Shown: positions 60,224 to 64,000 of the stretch, piece by piece
Layout of the letters: every line of letters begins with the position of its first letter
Numbering within the stretch: position 1 is the first letter of the stretch
Source: a bacterium
GTDB taxonomy: Bacteria > Zhuqueibacterota > Zhuqueibacteria > Residuimicrobiales > Krinioviventaceae
Assembly (NCBI GenBank): GCA_963693055.1
Contig: OY843751.1
Location: 5,344,001-5,408,000 of the forward strand
Length of the DNA: 64,000 nt
Direction: 5' to 3'
Translations under genes and position numbers: made by a program
Notes under the pieces: model-generated
What the model saw: the letters and a program-made list of their open reading frames with translations, nothing else
Databases searched by the model: none
Told to the model about the DNA's origin: nothing

Positions 60224-61696
60224 ATGCATATATCCCTTCGTAGAAAATTAATATATCTTACCTTGTCGTTACTATTTTTTGTAACCGTAGCGGCAAGTAT
60301 TATTTCTACAATTGAAATACAAAGATATTATCGCCACAAGATCCTTGAACAAATGAGTACCCAGCTCAAAGAGCTCGAATACCTTTTGGCAAACACTGAT
60401 ATTGGAGTCAAAGGATCCAAAGAGTACTCTAAACTTGATGGATATGCAGAACAAGCCGGAATTCGTATTACTTTTATAGATTCTACCGGCAAAGTAATTT
60501 ATGATTCACAGGTTTCTCAAGACTCGTTAACAAATCTTGAAAACCATTTAAATCGTCCCGAAATCCAAATGGCAGACGCTCATATTGTCGGATACGACAA
60601 ACGTCTTTCTGCAACCATCCACGAATCCATGTTTTATACTTCCCAGGAATATACGCATAAAGAAGGCGAATCAAACTTTCTAAACCGCATCCACTATATT
60701 CGGTTGGCAGTTTTACTCAGAGAAATTGATGATGTATTAAAAGCGCTCAGATGGAAAATAACCGTTGGGGGTGCTATTGCGCTTCTCATTATAGCAATTG
60801 TAAGTTATTATATATCCAGCAGAATGACATACCCCATCCACAGAATGGCCCAGGTCGCCGAATCCATAAAAAAAGGCAACATGGAAGCAAGGTTTGAGCA
60901 CACTTCGAATGATGAGATTGGAGACCTTGCGGGGCTGCTGAATGAAATGATGGATAAGCTTCAGGAAGACCTGATCTACCTCCGCAAGCTGGAACGAATG
61001 CGCAGTCAGTTTCTTGGCAATGTATCGCACGAGTTGCGAACTCCTATTTTTGCGGTCCAGGGCTATTTAGAAACCTTGATGGCTACTAAAAACTTTGATC
61101 CCAAAGTTCAGCGAAAGTTCATCAAAAAGACCTATCGGCAGGCCGTTCGGCTCAATAATCTTTTAACCGATTTAATAGAAATCTCACGCATTGAATCCGG
61201 TGAGATGAAAATGAGCTTTGAATCTTTTGATGTTCGAAAATGGCTTAAAAAAATTGTCAAAGACCTTCAGGAAACGGCCAAAGACAGTAACGTAACCCTG
61301 TCATTCCTGAAAAGCACTCAAGAACCTGTATTTGTGATGGGAGATAAAACCCGCCTTAAACAGGTTGTAACAAATCTGACAGAAAACGCAATTAAATACA
61401 ATCTTGAAAATGGCCAGGTCACTGTGGGTTATACAGTACAGGACGACAAGGTAACAATATTTGTTTCTGATACAGGGCGCGGTATTGCACAGGAACATTT
61501 ATCCAGAATTTTTGAGCGATTTTATCGGGTAGACAAGGAAAGATCTCGTGATGTGGGCGGTACGGGTTTAGGTCTGGCAATTGTTAAGCATATTGTAGAG
61601 GCACACTCGAGTGTTATTCAAGTCACCAGTAAGGAAGAAAAAGGCTCTACCTTTAGTTTTACATTAAATATTGCAGAATCACAAGAAACAGTATAA
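60224..61696 (+). CDS. phoR: Sensor histidine kinase, PhoR type (2 TM, HAMP, HisKA, HATPase)
   Basis: ENHLNRPEI sensor motif, NVSHELRTP, NAIKYN, FERFYRVDKERSR..GGTGLGL. Confidence 0.87.
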   Translation: MHISLRRKLIYLTLSLLFFVTVAASIISTIEIQRYYRHKILEQMSTQLKELEYLLANTDIGVKGSKEYSKLDGYAEQAGIRITFIDSTGKVIYDSQVSQDSLTNLENHLNRPEIQMADAHIVGYDKRLSATIHESMFYTSQEYTHKEGESNFLNRIHYIRLAVLLREIDDVLKALRWKITVGGAIALLIIAIVSYYISSRMTYPIHRMAQVAESIKKGNMEARFEHTSNDEIGDLAGLLNEMMDKLQEDLIYLRKLERMRSQFLGNVSHELRTPIFAVQGYLETLMATKNFDPKVQRKFIKKTYRQAVRLNNLLTDLIEISRIESGEMKMSFESFDVRKWLKKIVKDLQETAKDSNVTLSFLKSTQEPVFVMGDKTRLKQVVTNLTENAIKYNLENGQVTVGYTVQDDKVTIFVSDTGRGIAQEHLSRIFERFYRVDKERSRDVGGTGLGLAIVKHIVEAHSSVIQVTSKEEKGSTFSFTLNIAESQETV

Positions 61697-61697
61697 T

Positions 61698-62780
61698 ATG
61701 AGTAATTCAATCAATGAAAAAATTGCCATTGCAATGAGCGGTGGCGTAGACAGCTCGGTTGCGGCAGTCCTCTTGAGCGAACAAGGCCATTCCGTTTTTG
61801 GTATCACCATGATCCATTATGATTCTCAATGTCATCGCGACAAACAAGCTGTTGAGGATGCACAAAAAGTGTGTCAAACCCTGGGTATAGACCACCATGT
61901 CATTGAAATCAAAAAAGAATTCAGACAAAGTGTGATTGATGATTTTATCAATGAATATATGGCAGGAAGAACACCAAACCCATGCGTGCGTTGTAATCCC
62001 CGGATCAAATGGGGCCATATTTTAGATAAATCATTGAAACTGGGCGCCGATGCCTTTGCCACAGGACATTATTGCCGCATTACCTTTAATCCGGATAGCA
62101 ACAGATTCATTCTTTCCAAAGCAGCCCATCAACACAAAGACCAGTCATATGCGCTGTGGGCATTATCGCAGGAGCAGCTTAAAAACACCCGATTCCCCCT
62201 GAGCGGCTTGACAAAACCAGAGGTCCGCGATCTTGCCGCAAAAGCCGGTCTGGTCATCTCCGAAAAACAGGAAAGTCAGGAAATCTGCTTTATAGAAGAT
62301 GATGATTACAAACGATTCTTAAATGAAGAGCTGGCTGCTCAGGGACGTACCATTTCTGAAGGTAATATATTAGACATGGACAATAACATTCTGGGCAAAC
62401 ACAAAGGTTATCCTTTTTATACTATAGGTCAGCGTAAAGGATTAGGCATTGCCGTTGGACGCCCCATCTATGTGACTGAAATTAACGCTGAAAACAATAC
62501 TATACGTATTGGCGATAAAAAAGACCTGCTGTCTGCAGGTTTAATCGCCACTGATGCGAACTGGATAAGCGTCAAGGCTCCCGAGCCTGGCACCCAGGTG
62601 ATTGCCCATATCCGCTATAACGATCCCGGATTTCCGGCTGTAATCACCAATTGCAATTCTGACAGCTTTGAAATAAAATTTAAGCAGCCCCGCGCTTCTG
62701 TAACACCGGGGCAATCCGTAGTCCTTTACATTAATGACCAACTCTATGGTGGCGGCATAATCAATAAACCTGTAAATTGA
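61698..62780 (+). CDS. mnmA: tRNA-specific 2-thiouridylase
   Basis: AMSGGVDSS, TPNPCVRCN, ATGHY, KDQSY, ESQEICF, YTIGQRKGL, TPGQS. Confidence 0.97.
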   Translation: MSNSINEKIAIAMSGGVDSSVAAVLLSEQGHSVFGITMIHYDSQCHRDKQAVEDAQKVCQTLGIDHHVIEIKKEFRQSVIDDFINEYMAGRTPNPCVRCNPRIKWGHILDKSLKLGADAFATGHYCRITFNPDSNRFILSKAAHQHKDQSYALWALSQEQLKNTRFPLSGLTKPEVRDLAAKAGLVISEKQESQEICFIEDDDYKRFLNEELAAQGRTISEGNILDMDNNILGKHKGYPFYTIGQRKGLGIAVGRPIYVTEINAENNTIRIGDKKDLLSAGLIATDANWISVKAPEPGTQVIAHIRYNDPGFPAVITNCNSDSFEIKFKQPRASVTPGQSVVLYINDQLYGGGIINKPVN

Positions 62781-62791
62781 GGAGACGATTT

Positions 62792-63991
62792 GTGAAAATT
62801 TTTAAACCTATTTTTATCATTATTACTGTAATGTTTATTTCTTGTTCCTCCTACCAGTCTCAACACGAGATCAAGCTAAATGCCGGCAATATCGATCGGC
62901 CCGAGTCTCCCATGTATACGGATGTTTTGTTGCCAGCGGTTACTCCCAATTTACCGGTTTGCTTGTCTGATGGTAAAAGTAAAATTCCCGGGCAGTTGGA
63001 AAATATTGGTGGTGGCTTTGCCAGAGTTTGGTGGATGCAGCCTGCAATGAAAGCGGGTGAAACCCAAAACTGGACCATCTTTATTGGCCGGTCTTGTGCC
63101 GATACACGGTATCAATGGACTGACGATGAGAACGGTACTACAAAATTAATGTACAAAGATACACCGGTTATGGAATATATCTACAAAGCTTTTGATCCAC
63201 AAAATCCGGATGCAAATCAAAAACCCTATCACCAGGTTTACTCGCCTGATGGCTCTCAATTGATCACCAAAGGGGAAGGCGGACTCTACCCGCATCATCG
63301 AGGTATCTTTTTCGGCTATCGCAATGTCAGTATTGGTGACAGCCTGTACAACCTTTGGGCATCACTCGATGGAGATTACACGGAACACCAGTCATTTATC
63401 AGCTACAGTGTTGGGCCAGTCTTTGGCGGACATTCAGTGAGCATTGACTGGATAACCCGTAACAATGAAACTATTATGACCGAAGTACGCACCGTACGTG
63501 CCTTTAAAACACAAGACGGATCAAACTTGATTGATTTTGAATCTTCTCTTGAATCACTTGATGGATTGGTTAAACTCGGAGGTGACCGTCAGCATGCGGG
63601 TGTTCAGTTCCGCGCCGCACAATATGTTGCTGATCATAAGCAAGATACACGCTACTTACGTCCGCAAGGCTGGGACCAACTCCCGGCAGATCAGGAAATT
63701 AATGATGAAGCCCATGTAGACCTGCCCTGGAATGCCCTACAGTATTCTGTAGATACACAAGCATATACGGTGGTTTACATGTCTGCTCCTTCGAACCCCG
63801 GTCCTGCAGATTTTTCTGAACGCAAATATGGAAGGTTTGGAGAATACATTCCCTTTAACCTGGTACCCCAAGATCCATTAAAGCTCAATTATCGTTTCTG
63901 GATTCTTGACGGATTCAATAAACCACGAGAAACCATTAACAAAATGTACAAAACAATAGGTGAACCCATTACCATAGAAACTTTTGATTGA
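62792..63991 (+). CDS. DUF6807 (PmoA-annotated) family lipoprotein of unknown function
   Basis: Lipobox FISC; KPYH.VY.PDG, PHHRGIFFG, H.GVQFRA, ERKYGRFG; GTG start after GAGGAG. Confidence 0.7.
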   Translation: MKIFKPIFIIITVMFISCSSYQSQHEIKLNAGNIDRPESPMYTDVLLPAVTPNLPVCLSDGKSKIPGQLENIGGGFARVWWMQPAMKAGETQNWTIFIGRSCADTRYQWTDDENGTTKLMYKDTPVMEYIYKAFDPQNPDANQKPYHQVYSPDGSQLITKGEGGLYPHHRGIFFGYRNVSIGDSLYNLWASLDGDYTEHQSFISYSVGPVFGGHSVSIDWITRNNETIMTEVRTVRAFKTQDGSNLIDFESSLESLDGLVKLGGDRQHAGVQFRAAQYVADHKQDTRYLRPQGWDQLPADQEINDEAHVDLPWNALQYSVDTQAYTVVYMSAPSNPGPADFSERKYGRFGEYIPFNLVPQDPLKLNYRFWILDGFNKPRETINKMYKTIGEPITIETFD

Positions 63992-64000
63992 TTGATGCAT

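Noticed and set aside
62792-63991. PmoA-type annotation suggesting methane monooxygenase
   Set aside because: The protein is a soluble lipoprotein without the multiple TM helices of true PmoA, and there is no pmoC or pmoB nearby

Overview
64 kb of chromosome from a diderm bacterium, roughly 40% GC by eye. Clear Shine-Dalgarno sites plus a NYPNPFNP-type secretion/sorting C-terminal domain suggest an FCB-related lineage such as KSB1 or Calditrichota; this is inference only. Left to right: an RND efflux operon whose TolC carries an extra N-terminal domain, a CCA-adding enzyme, mlaEFD preceded by a nonsense-interrupted gene, a lipB-E1a-E1b-E2-E3 2-oxoacid dehydrogenase operon, a solitary sacsin-like ATPase, Ldh_2 plus glpK, and MFS-EamA-proBA, where proB appears to start at ACG. 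Next is an AT-rich accessory block between REP-like palindromes: an IS256 nested inside an IS5 (both with IRs and target duplications) and a BepI-like m5C R-M-Vsr operon. Then rarA-lptD and a tight pduL-ogt-NUDIX-ssb operon. The best candidate for an undescribed system is a ~18 kb putative phosphate-starvation locus (44.0-61.7 kb). It holds an orphan PstS, a PAP2/GT4/PHP/GT4/flippase lipid-remodelling operon, a TonB receptor with a tandem-duplicated, apparently circularly permuted acidic secreted protein, a PiT transporter and PhoB/PhoR. Three of its promoters share 11-bp-period TTAACA (Pho-box-like) repeats. The window ends with mnmA and a DUF6807 lipoprotein. I saw no rRNA, tRNA or CRISPR array. 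Family assignments come from recognising motifs by eye; no searches were run.
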